DNA of 61,921 nt, filler included, from Stramenopiles sp. TOSAG23-6 (taxonomy: Eukaryota), in NCBI GenBank assembly GCA_900128565.1. It is 4 parts of 4 records of this genome, joined end to end, with 100 filler letters (N's around TTAATTAATTAA, not from the genome) between each part and the next. Parts side by side here need not be neighbours in the genome. Positions count along the whole stretch, not along the records: positions 1 to 15,450 come from LT636115.1; positions 15,551 to 30,968 come from LT636116.1; 2 more parts are not named here. The stretch is one strand, 5' to 3'. The translations under genes were made by a program, and so were the position numbers. Positions 10,837 to 21,171 of this stretch are shown one piece after another; positions within the stretch are counted from its first letter, which is position 1; every line of letters starts with the position of its first letter. The notes under the pieces were generated by a model that had not been told where the DNA came from, searched no databases, and saw only the letters and a list, made by a program, of their open reading frames with translations.

Positions 10837-13800
10837 ATGTCGGTATCTATTAAAGTATCCGTTCGTTGTCGTCCGTTTACAATCGACGACAAGCTTGGTG
10901 TGCAAATGCTTCAGTTGGACGAAAATAATGGCGAAATTAATCTCATTAATTCGTCTTACTCGACGAATAGATTTGGTTTTACGTATTCATGGTGGTCTGC
11001 ATATGGTTGGAAGCGTCATTGTAAATCAAACGAAGATATTGCAGAAGACATGAAGTTGACAAATCAAATAGATTGTTATAAGGCATGTGGGCTAAAAGTA
11101 AAAGCTGATTTGTACGACGGTAATGCCGTTGTGCTCTTTGCATATGGACTTTCTGGTTCTGGAAAAACGTTCACTGTATTCGGCCCAGATGACCCTGCGG
11201 CTGATGTCGCATGGTTTAAACATGAAGATCCACATGATTTATGGGGAATTTTTCCACGTTTGGGTCATGAAATTTTTCAAGATATAAAAGACGGTTGGAA
11301 AGTTAAACTAAAATATTTTCAAAATATTGTGGATGTGGTGCGTGATCTTATGGATCCTGTAGGTAAAGAGCAAACATATAAATCAGGTATGGGGAAAGAT
11401 CCTGATGGATTTATGGATGTGAAATGGGCTCGTCAAAAAGTACTTGCAGACTGGGCTGATCTTCGTCAAACTTTTCAAACTGCTAATGGTCGTAAAGCTA
11501 TTGCTCCGACACAATTCAACCACCAATCTACGCGTGGTCATTGTATTATGGTTCTTGAAGTAGAAATGCCAAAGCCGAGTGACCCATCTACAAAGCAAAG
11601 GGGCCGTGTGTATGTTTGTGATTTGGCAGGAACAGAACCAGCAGGTGACATTGTCTTTGCCAAGTATAAAACGAAGAAATATCCAGATGGTACAGTTGAA
11701 CACAAATTCATCGGTGCACATAAAGATAAGAAAAAGACAAAGGAGTTACAAGATCAGGGGAAAAAAATTAATCTTTCTTTATCAGAAATGGCACAGTTCT
11801 TCATGAAAATGGCTCAAGCGATAAAAAAGAAACAATTAAAACCTGGGAAATCTATTCCAGGTTGTAATTCTTATTTCCTTTGTAAATTTCTAAAAGATAC
11901 TATGCTTCAAGCAAGGACATATCTATTTTGTGCAATTCGTCCAGAGTGTAAATATCATCCATATACATTTTCTACTTTAGGGTTTGCAAAGAATGCTAGT
12001 GTAATCAAGTTATCACCTAAAAAGGCTACTGTGGCTTGTTCGCCTGCTGAGAGAAAAATGATGAAAGAACTTGAAAAGATGAAGCAAATGATGGCCGCAA
12101 TGTCTGAGGAAAATGAAAAACTACAAAAGAGTGGCGGTGGCGGCGGTGGTGATGATAGTGCAGAGGTTGCCCGACTTCGTGAAGAACTAGCAGCAGCAAA
12201 GAGAGAAAAGGAAGAAGATGAAGCTCGACTTGCAGAGATGCAAAAGAATTTAGACAAAGCTAAAGCTCAGCGTGCATCTGCAAACACAACAGTCACTGAT
12301 CTTCAGGCTAAACTTGCGAAAGCGGAAGCTGCTGGTGAAAGTGAAAAGGTAAAAGCCCTCGAAGCAGAACTTGCAGAAGCGAAGCAAAAGTATGAGGAGG
12401 AGACAAATGAAGTGAATAAAGCCAAAGAAGAACTCTCAGCTGCTGAAACTAAAGAAAGCGGTGGTGCAGATGTAGCTAAACTTGAAGCTATGCTTGAGAA
12501 AGAAAAGGCATTGGCTGAAGAAGCAGCAGCAGCTAATGCAAAAGCTCATAAAGCCGATGCTGCAATGCAGGCAGCTCAAGCCCAAGCAGCAGAAACCCAG
12601 CGAAAAATGGAAGAGATGCAAAAAGCTTTTGAGGAAAAGCAAAACGAACTTCGTAACCAAATGAATGCCGAGGATCCAAATGCTGCAGAGCGTGTTGAGC
12701 GTGAACGCAAACAAAAGCAGAAAAGGGAGGAATATGCTGCCCGTGGAATTGGCATGGTTGCATTTGAGCCAGAAGAGTCGGAGCCTCATTTTGTTAATCT
12801 AGATGAAGATGAATACAGAAGTGAGCGCTTTATTTTCTGGTTAAAAAAAGATGAAAATGTATTTGGACCAGGTGGTGATGTGCGCCCCTTTTCTGTTAAT
12901 ACTGTTCAAGGTCATTGCACAGTGAAGAGAAAGGGTAAAAAGTGGACATTGGTTGGAGGTGCTGGTGCAACATATTTGAATGGTAAAACAGTACCTAAAG
13001 GAAAGTCAAAGTCGATTAAAGCATGGGATCGTGTTGTCATTGGAGGTGATGTCTTACAATTTGTTATCCCTGGAGTTGCTCCAAATGACAATAAATTCCC
13101 AGCCGAAGTTGCTATTGGTGAATACCAATCAGCGTTATCCGAAGAGCGCCGTAAAAAGTCAGGAGTGAGTGCAGAACAAGAGGAAAATCTATTAGCAAGA
13201 CTTGCTCAGTTTGAAGAGGAAAAGAAACAATGGGAGGCAAAGATGAAAGCTGGGCGAGGGAAACTAAGTGTTGAGGAAGAAAATGCATTACGTGAAGAAG
13301 ATCGTAAACGCAGGAAGCAAATGGAGAAATTGCAAATGCAAGTTATGAATGGACAAATTATACAATTATTACCAAAGTTAAAGGAATTGAAAATTTTGAC
13401 TGATACGATGGATCGCGGTTATCTTTCTTTTGAGGCAAAGCTTTTACAATCACATACAAATTCTGGAAAACTTGAATTAAAGGTAAAAGTACATAATGGT
13501 AATACACATGAAGATACTTTGATTGATACTTTTGAGCTTGACAAGGCTTATAATGTATTGAAGGAAGAACATCGTAATCTTTCAATTGCAGTTGAAAATG
13601 GCAGAGACTATACAGTTGAGTTACACCATGATCCTGTACAATTACTATTTGATAATACATTTCATTTGGGTACTTCAATAATATTTCCAGAGTTTTTATT
13701 GGGTTATATGTTGGGCACAGATGAGGAAGAAGATGAGCAGTTTGTGGATATTAAGAATTCTATGGCACTTTCAAAACATATTGGTAAATTGGAGGTTATT

Positions 13801-14367
13801 TGGATACCAATGGAACCCGATGACATTTATGGTGAAGGAGAAGAACTAGAAGTTTATGTCGAAGATACTGAAGATTTAATTGGAAAACCATGGACATATA
13901 AATTAATGATTCGAAATGCATCAGGCCTTCCAATAACTGCTGATGTATCTTTTGTACAATATGATTTCTTTGGTGAATTGTTCACAACAGAAACAATCAC
14001 GGAGGAAACTGATAATCCCATCTTCAATTACACGTATATACATCATTTAGATGCAGTTACAGATGAATTTATTCAATGGTTGAAAAAACCGATGGAATTT
14101 CATTTACATGTATCACCTGTAGTAAAAGATACTGGAGATGAGATTAGTTCAAAAAATCCACATGTGCATGCTACATTGAGTGGGAAAGTTTCGTCATTTG
14201 CTACAAAATCAGAACTAATCAAAAAGATTAGTAAATTAGAAAATACGAAAACAAAATTGGAAAAGAAATTGTCTTTGTGTGCACAAGAACTGGACCAATA
14301 CAGATCAGGAAAAAAACCAAAAAAAATAGCTGGAGATATTTCAAAAGAGAAACTACTTCAAAAGTGA
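10837..14367 (+). CDS. Kinesin (kinesin-3/KIF28-like architecture: motor, coiled coil, FHA-like, C2-like)
   Basis: KVSVRCRP, AYGLSGSGKT, NHQSTRGH, DLAGTE; PHFVNLDED...YLNG...WDRVVIG FHA-like region. Confidence 0.9.
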   Translation: MSVSIKVSVRCRPFTIDDKLGVQMLQLDENNGEINLINSSYSTNRFGFTYSWWSAYGWKRHCKSNEDIAEDMKLTNQIDCYKACGLKVKADLYDGNAVVLFAYGLSGSGKTFTVFGPDDPAADVAWFKHEDPHDLWGIFPRLGHEIFQDIKDGWKVKLKYFQNIVDVVRDLMDPVGKEQTYKSGMGKDPDGFMDVKWARQKVLADWADLRQTFQTANGRKAIAPTQFNHQSTRGHCIMVLEVEMPKPSDPSTKQRGRVYVCDLAGTEPAGDIVFAKYKTKKYPDGTVEHKFIGAHKDKKKTKELQDQGKKINLSLSEMAQFFMKMAQAIKKKQLKPGKSIPGCNSYFLCKFLKDTMLQARTYLFCAIRPECKYHPYTFSTLGFAKNASVIKLSPKKATVACSPAERKMMKELEKMKQMMAAMSEENEKLQKSGGGGGGDDSAEVARLREELAAAKREKEEDEARLAEMQKNLDKAKAQRASANTTVTDLQAKLAKAEAAGESEKVKALEAELAEAKQKYEEETNEVNKAKEELSAAETKESGGADVAKLEAMLEKEKALAEEAAAANAKAHKADAAMQAAQAQAAETQRKMEEMQKAFEEKQNELRNQMNAEDPNAAERVERERKQKQKREEYAARGIGMVAFEPEESEPHFVNLDEDEYRSERFIFWLKKDENVFGPGGDVRPFSVNTVQGHCTVKRKGKKWTLVGGAGATYLNGKTVPKGKSKSIKAWDRVVIGGDVLQFVIPGVAPNDNKFPAEVAIGEYQSALSEERRKKSGVSAEQEENLLARLAQFEEEKKQWEAKMKAGRGKLSVEEENALREEDRKRRKQMEKLQMQVMNGQIIQLLPKLKELKILTDTMDRGYLSFEAKLLQSHTNSGKLELKVKVHNGNTHEDTLIDTFELDKAYNVLKEEHRNLSIAVENGRDYTVELHHDPVQLLFDNTFHLGTSIIFPEFLLGYMLGTDEEEDEQFVDIKNSMALSKHIGKLEVIWIPMEPDDIYGEGEELEVYVEDTEDLIGKPWTYKLMIRNASGLPITADVSFVQYDFFGELFTTETITEETDNPIFNYTYIHHLDAVTDEFIQWLKKPMEFHLHVSPVVKDTGDEISSKNPHVHATLSGKVSSFATKSELIKKISKLENTKTKLEKKLSLCAQELDQYRSGKKPKKIAGDISKEKLLQK

Positions 14368-14669
14368 AACTATTAGGTAGTGTTTGGTTCTACCAATTAT
14401 TTTGGAATCAAAAAATGGAAAAGTTTGCAAAATTTCCTTTTGATTATTATTATGACATAAAATTTGATCTTCCTTTATCTTTTGCAAAATTTCAATTTTT
14501 TTCTCTTTTTTTTTTTTTATAATCTCAAATCGCAATGATCAACAACCCTAACCCTAGGCTAGCGAATTATCGCTGTCAAAAAACAGAACACAAACGAATC
14601 ATCATCAATCAAGAGATGTATCATATTTTTTTATCTCAATATTAACAGTTGATAATTAAATTCTGCATC

Positions 14670-15396
14670 ATGCTTGGTCGTGTCGCTGGCAACTTTTTAA
14701 AGAGAGGAATGGGGAAACGAATGCTCTTAGCTTGTGTTCCTGTATCGTCTGACCGTTCAATAATGCAAAAGTGGATGGAAGAGGCCGCTGAGCCAGGTAA
14801 GTCTCCGACTGACATTGACTATAGCACAGTTACCGTTGATGGTGATTCTCACGGTGTCATTACGATAAAATTGAATAGACCTAAACAACGAAATGCGTTC
14901 AATATGCAGATGTGGGAGGATTTGAGTGATATATTTGAGCGCCTTGATCAAACGAATATTGCTCGTTGTGTTATTCTTCGTGGAGAAGGTACGCATTTTA
15001 GTTCTGGTATGGATTTAAGTGTTTTTCCCGAACTAGCGGCAGTGGGTATACAGAACTCCTGCGACGGAAGACGAAGAGAACAACTGATGAGAGTCATTTC
15101 TCGGTTTCAAAAGGCTGTAAGTGCACCAGAAAATTGTCGTGTTCCTGTGATTGCTGCTATTGAAGGCGCTTGCATCGGTGGAGCTGTTGATCTTATTACA
15201 GCTTGTGACATTCGCCTTGCAACAACTAATTCAAAGTTTTCAGTGAAAGAGGTTGATCTAGGAATTGTTGCAGATATAGGCACGTTACAACGCTTACCAT
15301 TTTGTGTAGGTGAACAACGTGCTCGAGAGTTGACATTTACAGGTCGTTTATTTGATGGAGAAGAAGCACGACAATATGGACTTGTTTTAGAAACTT
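14670..15396 (+). CDS. Enoyl-CoA hydratase/dienoyl-CoA isomerase (ECH1-like), 3' partial
   Basis: LNRPKQRNA, HFSSGMDL, CIGGAVDLITACDIR, KEVDLGIVADIGTLQRLP; ends at family intron donor 15397. Confidence 0.9.
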
Positions 15397-15450
15397 GTAT
15401 GTTTTATTTTTTTTTCAAATTCGAGTTTTTTTTCATACGAAATTTTGTAC
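15397..15450 (+). mobile_element. Introner-like intron, truncated by contig end
   Basis: T|GTATGTTTT...CATACGAAATTTTGTAC. Confidence 0.85.
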
Positions 15451-15550
15451 NNNNNNNNNNNNNNNNNNNNNNNNNNNNNNNNNNNNNNNNNNNNTTAATT
15501 AATTAANNNNNNNNNNNNNNNNNNNNNNNNNNNNNNNNNNNNNNNNNNNN
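15451..15550. other. Artificial contig linker
   Basis: N-run + TTAATTAATTAA (stops in all six frames) + N-run. Confidence 0.97.
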
Positions 15551-15605
15551 AACAATTTTTTTTTTTTTTGGTAAAAAAATTTTGAAATATTTTTCCAAAA
15601 TACAT
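15551..15605 (+). mobile_element. 3' part of introner-like intron (AT end)
   Basis: TATTTTTCCAAAATACAT|CTT GTT AAC. Confidence 0.8.
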
Positions 15606-15938
15606 CTTGTTAACTTTTGTACTTTAGACGTCAGTCAAAAAAATAGTATCGCTTTATTATTGCGTACAGTGGATAAAGCAATCGGATATTCCGGACCTGG
15701 TGCTGCAATATTATCTTCACTCCCTCTTGGTTTGTCTGACCAATCAGAAGAAATGCATAATATAATGGAAAAATATTCATCTGCCTTTGGTACACGAAAT
15801 ACACTAGAAATCTCTGAACACCCGACTCCTCAAAATGATAACCCTAACCCTTCCGATGATTATACTGAATCAATTCAAGATGAAAAAAAAACACTTTTAT
15901 CTGATGTTGTATGGAATGAAATATCAAAGGAGATTTAA
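15606..15938 (+). CDS. GPN-loop GTPase (GPN2-like), last exon
   Basis: LVNFCTLDVSQKNSIALLLRTVDKAIGY resembles the GPN2 C-terminus. Confidence 0.7.
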   Translation, partial: LVNFCTLDVSQKNSIALLLRTVDKAIGYSGPGAAILSSLPLGLSDQSEEMHNIMEKYSSAFGTRNTLEISEHPTPQNDNPNPSDDYTESIQDEKKTLLSDVVWNEISKEI

Positions 15939-16191
15939 ATTGTTGTTATAAAAATGTAAAAATAAAAAATGATATAATTGGATCTTGTCTTTTTGATATA
16001 TATATGAAAGCGAAAGAGTCTATATTGCGATTTCAGAATGGATATCGAATACGTAACGGATAATTCGTTTGGATACCGAAGAAGAACACAGACAACCAAA
16101 GATAGGAAAGATCTCCTACCTTTTGATAGATCTGCTGACATTACTTGGACACGCAAACCGCAAATTACGGACTGCAAGAGGTTTTGAAAAC

Positions 16192-18402
16192 ATGGATCCC
16201 AGCGAAGAAGTGAAAGTAGAAACTAAGTTACCACCCAGTCCACCGAAAGATACCAAAACTGTCAGAAGCAAATTGGAGCGGCTCAGGCAGAATCACGCGA
16301 ATGACATTGCAAAGCGTGAAACTGAACAACCAATAGTGACTACAGATGTAAAAGAACAACCTAATAAAAATGATAAAAATACTTCTTCAGCTTGGTGTGA
16401 TTCAGAATTCCCAGCGTCGGAACAGTCAATGGGTACTGTAGCAGAACAGAACGTTCTCAAAAAAGAGGGTGCTCAATGGTGCCGCTTGCCCAAGATTCCC
16501 TGCAGACATCATAGAGACGTCAACGGGACAAAGAAGCACATATTGTTCAATAAAACGGTGAGTGCAAATGATATACGTCAAGGTATGTTGGGTACATGTT
16601 ATTTCCTTGCTTCTTTAGCAGCACTCTGTGAACATCCAGACTTCCTACGTAGTCTTTTTTTGAAACAAACTGAAAGCAAGACTGAACACGAGGATGCTGC
16701 GTTTCAAGATGCACTTTCCCAGGGTCGTCTGCTACCTCAATCGGGTGGTGCAGGAGATGAAGATGACGTGCAGTTTTATAGTCCTTCCAACGGAGCCGTC
16801 ACCGTGCGTTTCTGTGTAAAAGGTTACTGGACTGACGTAACTATAGACGACTTTTTCATCTGTGTGCCATCAGTACAAAACGGCTTACCCGACACACCTG
16901 CGTTTGCTCGTTCCGCGGGGGCAGAGATTTGGGTCATGGTTTTAGAAAAGGCATTTGCAAAGTTGCACGGGTCGTATGCTGCTATTGAGTCGGGTAGTAT
17001 AACAGACGCGCTTTTTGCCCTCACTGGTTGTCCACCTTTTCGACTAGATCTGGCTGGTGGAGATACCAAAGTCACCTTGACAAATGACGAACTCTGGGCA
17101 ACATTATTGAACAAGCACTCAAAGGGTGCCGTCGTGTGTGCAGCAATGGCTTCGTATAAAGATCCAAAGACAGGAAAATCGATTGCAGGTGAACATGAGA
17201 ACGACTGTGGACTAATTCATGGACATGCATATACTGTCCTTGGCCTTCACATTGTCAAGGCCACTGGTCAGCGATTATTGCAGATGCGAAATCCATGGGG
17301 ACGAGGTGAGTGGAACGGTGAGTGGAGTGATGGTTGGGATGGATGGACGCCAGAGTTTAAGGAAGAGCTAGGGAAGTCAGATCCTGTTGGCGACGATGAA
17401 GAAAACGACGGTGTTTTTTTCATGGCGTTCGATGATGTAGTCAAACACTACGCTTCTCTCGAGGGTACTATGCTTGGACCTCAGTGTGAAGTACCATGGC
17501 GACATCAATGTACTAATTTGACTTTTTCGGCGGTAAATACAAAACATATGACAACAGCAGTTGCATTTGACTTAAGTGTTACTGAAGGTGGTACAGCTTA
17601 TTTTATGCTTGGACAAGATGGCGGTCAAAACAAAGAAAGTGGAGAAGCCTTAAAGCACACACCAATTCAGGCAAATATATACCGCATGGGGTGTAACGTG
17701 GGGAAAGATGGCAAGTCGACAGAGAAAATGACCACTGTTGCTACACCGATGTATTCAGGACCACTTCTTGTGGTTGGTGAAAGAGAGAACTCTCATAGTG
17801 TACCAGAAGCACTAGATTTAAAACCAGGGAAATATATTTGCGTCATAGAACGATCAGCTAATGGAGAAGATGGGAATGATATAAATCTCAAAGAGATGCC
17901 ACTTATGGTCAGTGCCTGCTCGGAAAAGGCTATTACAATGACACCTCATGAACTCTCGATTGGATCTGACAGTGAGGATATTTTTACTGTCGGTCATGGT
18001 GACGGTGTTACACATTTGCTATATAAGGAGTACTTTAATCGGACACAACAAGATGGTACAAAAAATGTAATCACTGATCAAACTGATCCGAAATTTGTAA
18101 AGACAGATTGGGAATTTTCTGAAGGTTCGTGTGTGCTTTTTACGGCAGAAAAGAACGATGGTGGGGTTCCTAATGGTGTTCTTACTTGTACTGTGACTGT
18201 GACTGGCGATAATATCGTTGTGCATAGCCCTGAAACTGCCACTGTTGAGGTGCCGGAGACTGCAGAAGGTGTTGCCAAGGTAACTTTTAAAATCAGTAAA
18301 GATTCGAAACTTGAAGATGGATTTTTGATTATTCGTAGGAAAAGTCCTGGAAGCTATAAGTTTGGAATGGGTTTCCAGATGGGTTTTACAGCCGGTGGTT
18401 GA
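16192..18402 (+). CDS. Calpain-family cysteine protease
   Basis: DIRQGMLGTCYFLA, LEKAFAKLHGSY, HAY, RNPWG catalytic triad; first ATG 16192. Confidence 0.93.
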   Translation: MDPSEEVKVETKLPPSPPKDTKTVRSKLERLRQNHANDIAKRETEQPIVTTDVKEQPNKNDKNTSSAWCDSEFPASEQSMGTVAEQNVLKKEGAQWCRLPKIPCRHHRDVNGTKKHILFNKTVSANDIRQGMLGTCYFLASLAALCEHPDFLRSLFLKQTESKTEHEDAAFQDALSQGRLLPQSGGAGDEDDVQFYSPSNGAVTVRFCVKGYWTDVTIDDFFICVPSVQNGLPDTPAFARSAGAEIWVMVLEKAFAKLHGSYAAIESGSITDALFALTGCPPFRLDLAGGDTKVTLTNDELWATLLNKHSKGAVVCAAMASYKDPKTGKSIAGEHENDCGLIHGHAYTVLGLHIVKATGQRLLQMRNPWGRGEWNGEWSDGWDGWTPEFKEELGKSDPVGDDEENDGVFFMAFDDVVKHYASLEGTMLGPQCEVPWRHQCTNLTFSAVNTKHMTTAVAFDLSVTEGGTAYFMLGQDGGQNKESGEALKHTPIQANIYRMGCNVGKDGKSTEKMTTVATPMYSGPLLVVGERENSHSVPEALDLKPGKYICVIERSANGEDGNDINLKEMPLMVSACSEKAITMTPHELSIGSDSEDIFTVGHGDGVTHLLYKEYFNRTQQDGTKNVITDQTDPKFVKTDWEFSEGSCVLFTAEKNDGGVPNGVLTCTVTVTGDNIVVHSPETATVEVPETAEGVAKVTFKISKDSKLEDGFLIIRRKSPGSYKFGMGFQMGFTAGG

Positions 18403-18549
18403 TGAAGTTCTTTGTTAAACCTCGTTATTAAAATAAACAAGCACTTAATTTCCTGGTTTCATAAAACATATTTAATAACGAATTGTATAACATCTCTATT
18501 CTTTTTGATTAGATTTTATTATTATTTAAGAGACAATGAAACATTTTAT

Positions 18550-18646
18550 GTAGACATCCAGTTTCTAATTTTTTTGTTTTTTTTTCATAGTAAATTTCGT
18601 ACCTAAAAAAATTATTAAATTTTTAAAATATTTTCCTGAAATACAT
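18550..18646 (+). mobile_element. Introner-like element outside coding sequence (calpain 3' UTR orientation)
   Basis: AT|GTAG...AATTTCGTACCTAA...TATTTTCCTGAAATACAT. Confidence 0.75.
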
Positions 18647-18659
18647 CCAGCTACATTAG

Positions 18660-20383
18660 CTACATTATAGTACAGTCATCTTTTGACATTGCAGCATCAT
18701 AAGATTTTCGTTTCAACATCCACGCAGGAAAGTCCCATGTATTATGAAAAGATATTTCAAAAATTAAAATCGTTAGGTACACATTTTCGTATGAAAAAAA
18801 AAACTAAATTAAAAATTCATGATGGAAACGTACATGGCGATTTCGTTTCATTTTTTACTGAAGACTTTTTAAATATAGAATATTCAAAATCTGCTAATTC
18901 CATTAAAAATGTTCTATTGGGGTCTATTATCGGCCGTCTTCGAGCTATATATTTATATGCTGCTTTAAGGTATTTATGCTCCTCCGACATCATAAATTAT
19001 GAAAAAATATTTCAAAAAAATACTAAAATTTGTTAGGTACAAAATTTCCTATAAAAAAAAATTATGAAAAAATATTTCAAAAAAATACTAAAATTTGTTA
19101 GGTACAAAATTTAGTACGAAAAAACAATTATGAAAAAATATTTCAAAAAAATACTAAAATTTGTTAGGTACAAAATTTACTATAAAAAAACAATGTAGAT
19201 AAAAAATTGAAATGAAAACGCACATATATGCTAAACAACAACTTGCCGAGCGTGACACACCTGCTCGACAATGCACTAGCACTTTTCCCTGTGTCTGTCT
19301 CACATTGCATATAAATTCTATTGCTTTAAGAAAATGTGGTTTAATGTTTTGTGTTACAGCGTCATCTACAGCAATTCTCATATAAATAAAATCATTTTCA
19401 TGTATTTTGGAAAAATATTTCAAAATTTTTTTTTGAAAAATTTGTTAGGTACAAAATTTCGTACGAAAAAAAAACTTTCCAAAAAAACTTTCCAAAAAAA
19501 AAAATTAAATTTGTTAGGTACAAAATTTCGTACGAAAAAAAAAATAAAATAAAACGTACATGATAACACGGAATGTCTCTTGTTACATTTAGAATGTGCG
19601 TAATACCAATTTGTTTTAATTTTTTAAAACCTAACGCATCATGTCTATCTCCTAAGTACATGAATGTTCTTATCATGTATTGTATAAGAAAAAGAAATAT
19701 AGTAAAACATTTGTTAGGTAGACATTTTTATATATAATGAAAATACTCAAAAAAAAACTTTTTTGTTTTTTTGTTAGGTACAATATTTCGTATGAAAAAA
19801 AATCTACTCAAAAAAAAAAATCTACTCAAAAAAAAAAAAAAAAAAGTTTGTGTAAGGTAAAATTTTGTATGAAAAAATATATATAATTCATAATGTAAAA
19901 CTACATGGACGGTTTATCATAGACAATTCCACCTCGTACAAAATTAACAATCTCCGCTGGCAATATTTTGGATTCTTTATATCGTTGAATTATTGTTCTT
20001 TTTCTATTTTTAGGGTTAGGGTTTCTATGTATTGGTGTTGATATTTTCTTTATTTTTTTTCTATCACTCTTACTTGATGTTGCTTTTTTCTTTTTAATCA
20101 TTTTATGATGTCGAACTTTTGGTGAATGTTTTTGTCCTGAATGTTTATTTGGTTGTATCGTGTTTTTTTTTACAGTAGATAATGATACACTGTACCTTCG
20201 ACCAATTTGACTGCTGCCTCGATTACTTTTACTATTGTTTTTCTTTACAGTAGATGATAATATAGGTAAACTATTTGCTCGCCGAAGCCTATTTTTTGTA
20301 TTTTTTGTATTCGCCATACTATCTTTAGGTAGCATATTCAGCACAGAACGGCTCTTGGAAAGCTTTACTGCACGTTTCGACAT
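18660..20383 (-). CDS. Dual-specificity phosphatase with basic N-terminus and C-terminal CTIM (exons 20383-19905, 19674-19560, 19399-19224, 18991-18834, 18736-18660)
   Basis: Spliced product PSMIRTFMYLGD...GITHILNVT...VHCRAGVSRS...AYMM...RRPIIDPNRTF...CTIM*; requires four GT-AT introns. Confidence 0.9.
18737..19904 (-). mobile_element. Four GT-AT introner-like introns in DUSP: 19675-19904, 19400-19559, 18992-19223, 18737-18833
   Basis: Each has a GT donor, 1-3 core/branch modules and an AT end; removal restores the DSP motifs. Confidence 0.88.
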
Positions 20384-20466
20384 TTGTAAGACAGCTTTAT
20401 CTCACGTGTAAAGTAATTAGTGTCATTTGTAAGACAGCTTTATCTCACGTGTAAAGTAATTAGTGT
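20381..20466. repeat. 43-bp tandem duplication spanning the DUSP start codon
   Basis: CATTTGTAAGACAGCTTTATCTCACGTGTAAAGTAATTAGTGT x2. Confidence 0.9.
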
Positions 20467-21171
20467 CATGGAAATTTGTTCTTTTGTAGTTTTTACAGAA
20501 GAATGTCGAGACAAAGAAGCCCTTTATTTTGGTTATACCACGTATGTACAGAAAACGGTGTATAGCCTTTTAACGCTGCTATTCGAAAAGAGTCTCAAAT
20601 GAACAACATCTATTCTATTGTGCCATTTTCGATAGTCGTCGATACCCTATACGCTTTTTTATTGCAAGTCAAAAAGGTAAAAAATTGTGAAACGTTCAAA
20701 TTTTCTATATTACGTGTCCTACCGTACTCTATCTAATATTCATATCGCCGACGGCGGTATATTAAACTATATTTACTATGAAAAAATAATAACAGCGTAA
20801 TACTAAAATGAATATATTTTGAATTTATAAATTGTATTTAACATTCGATCCTTTTTGATCTTTTTTTTTGATTTTTTATGTATACTATACAAATGTTTCT
20901 ATATCATATATATGTTTTCTTTTTGATTTTTTCCTTTTTTTTCATTTTTTTCATTTTTTTCATTTTTATGTACACTATACTTCCTTCATTATGATTTTTG
21001 TACTTCCTTCATTATTTTCTTTCTTTTCTGTCTTTTTTGTCTTTTTTGTCTTTTTTTTAATTTTTATTAAATTTTTATTCTTCACGCATGTGTACACACG
21101 ATATCTGTACTTAAATTTCGTAGTTAAAATTATTCCAAGTGATTTGTTCTGAAATAATAATAAAGAATGGA

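Noticed and set aside
15451-15550. TTAATTAATTAA palindrome inside N runs (also 30969-31068, 46449-46548)
   Set aside because: Identical six-frame-stop spacer between concatenated contigs; not biological
18992-19560. CRISPR-like array of palindromic repeats
   Set aside because: Eukaryotic context, no cas genes, degenerate repeats, and the intervening sequences are exons of one protein
20868-21152. Phe-rich ORF and the many short antisense/overlapping ORFs in the track
   Set aside because: Low-complexity poly-T sequence or shadows of real genes and intron read-through
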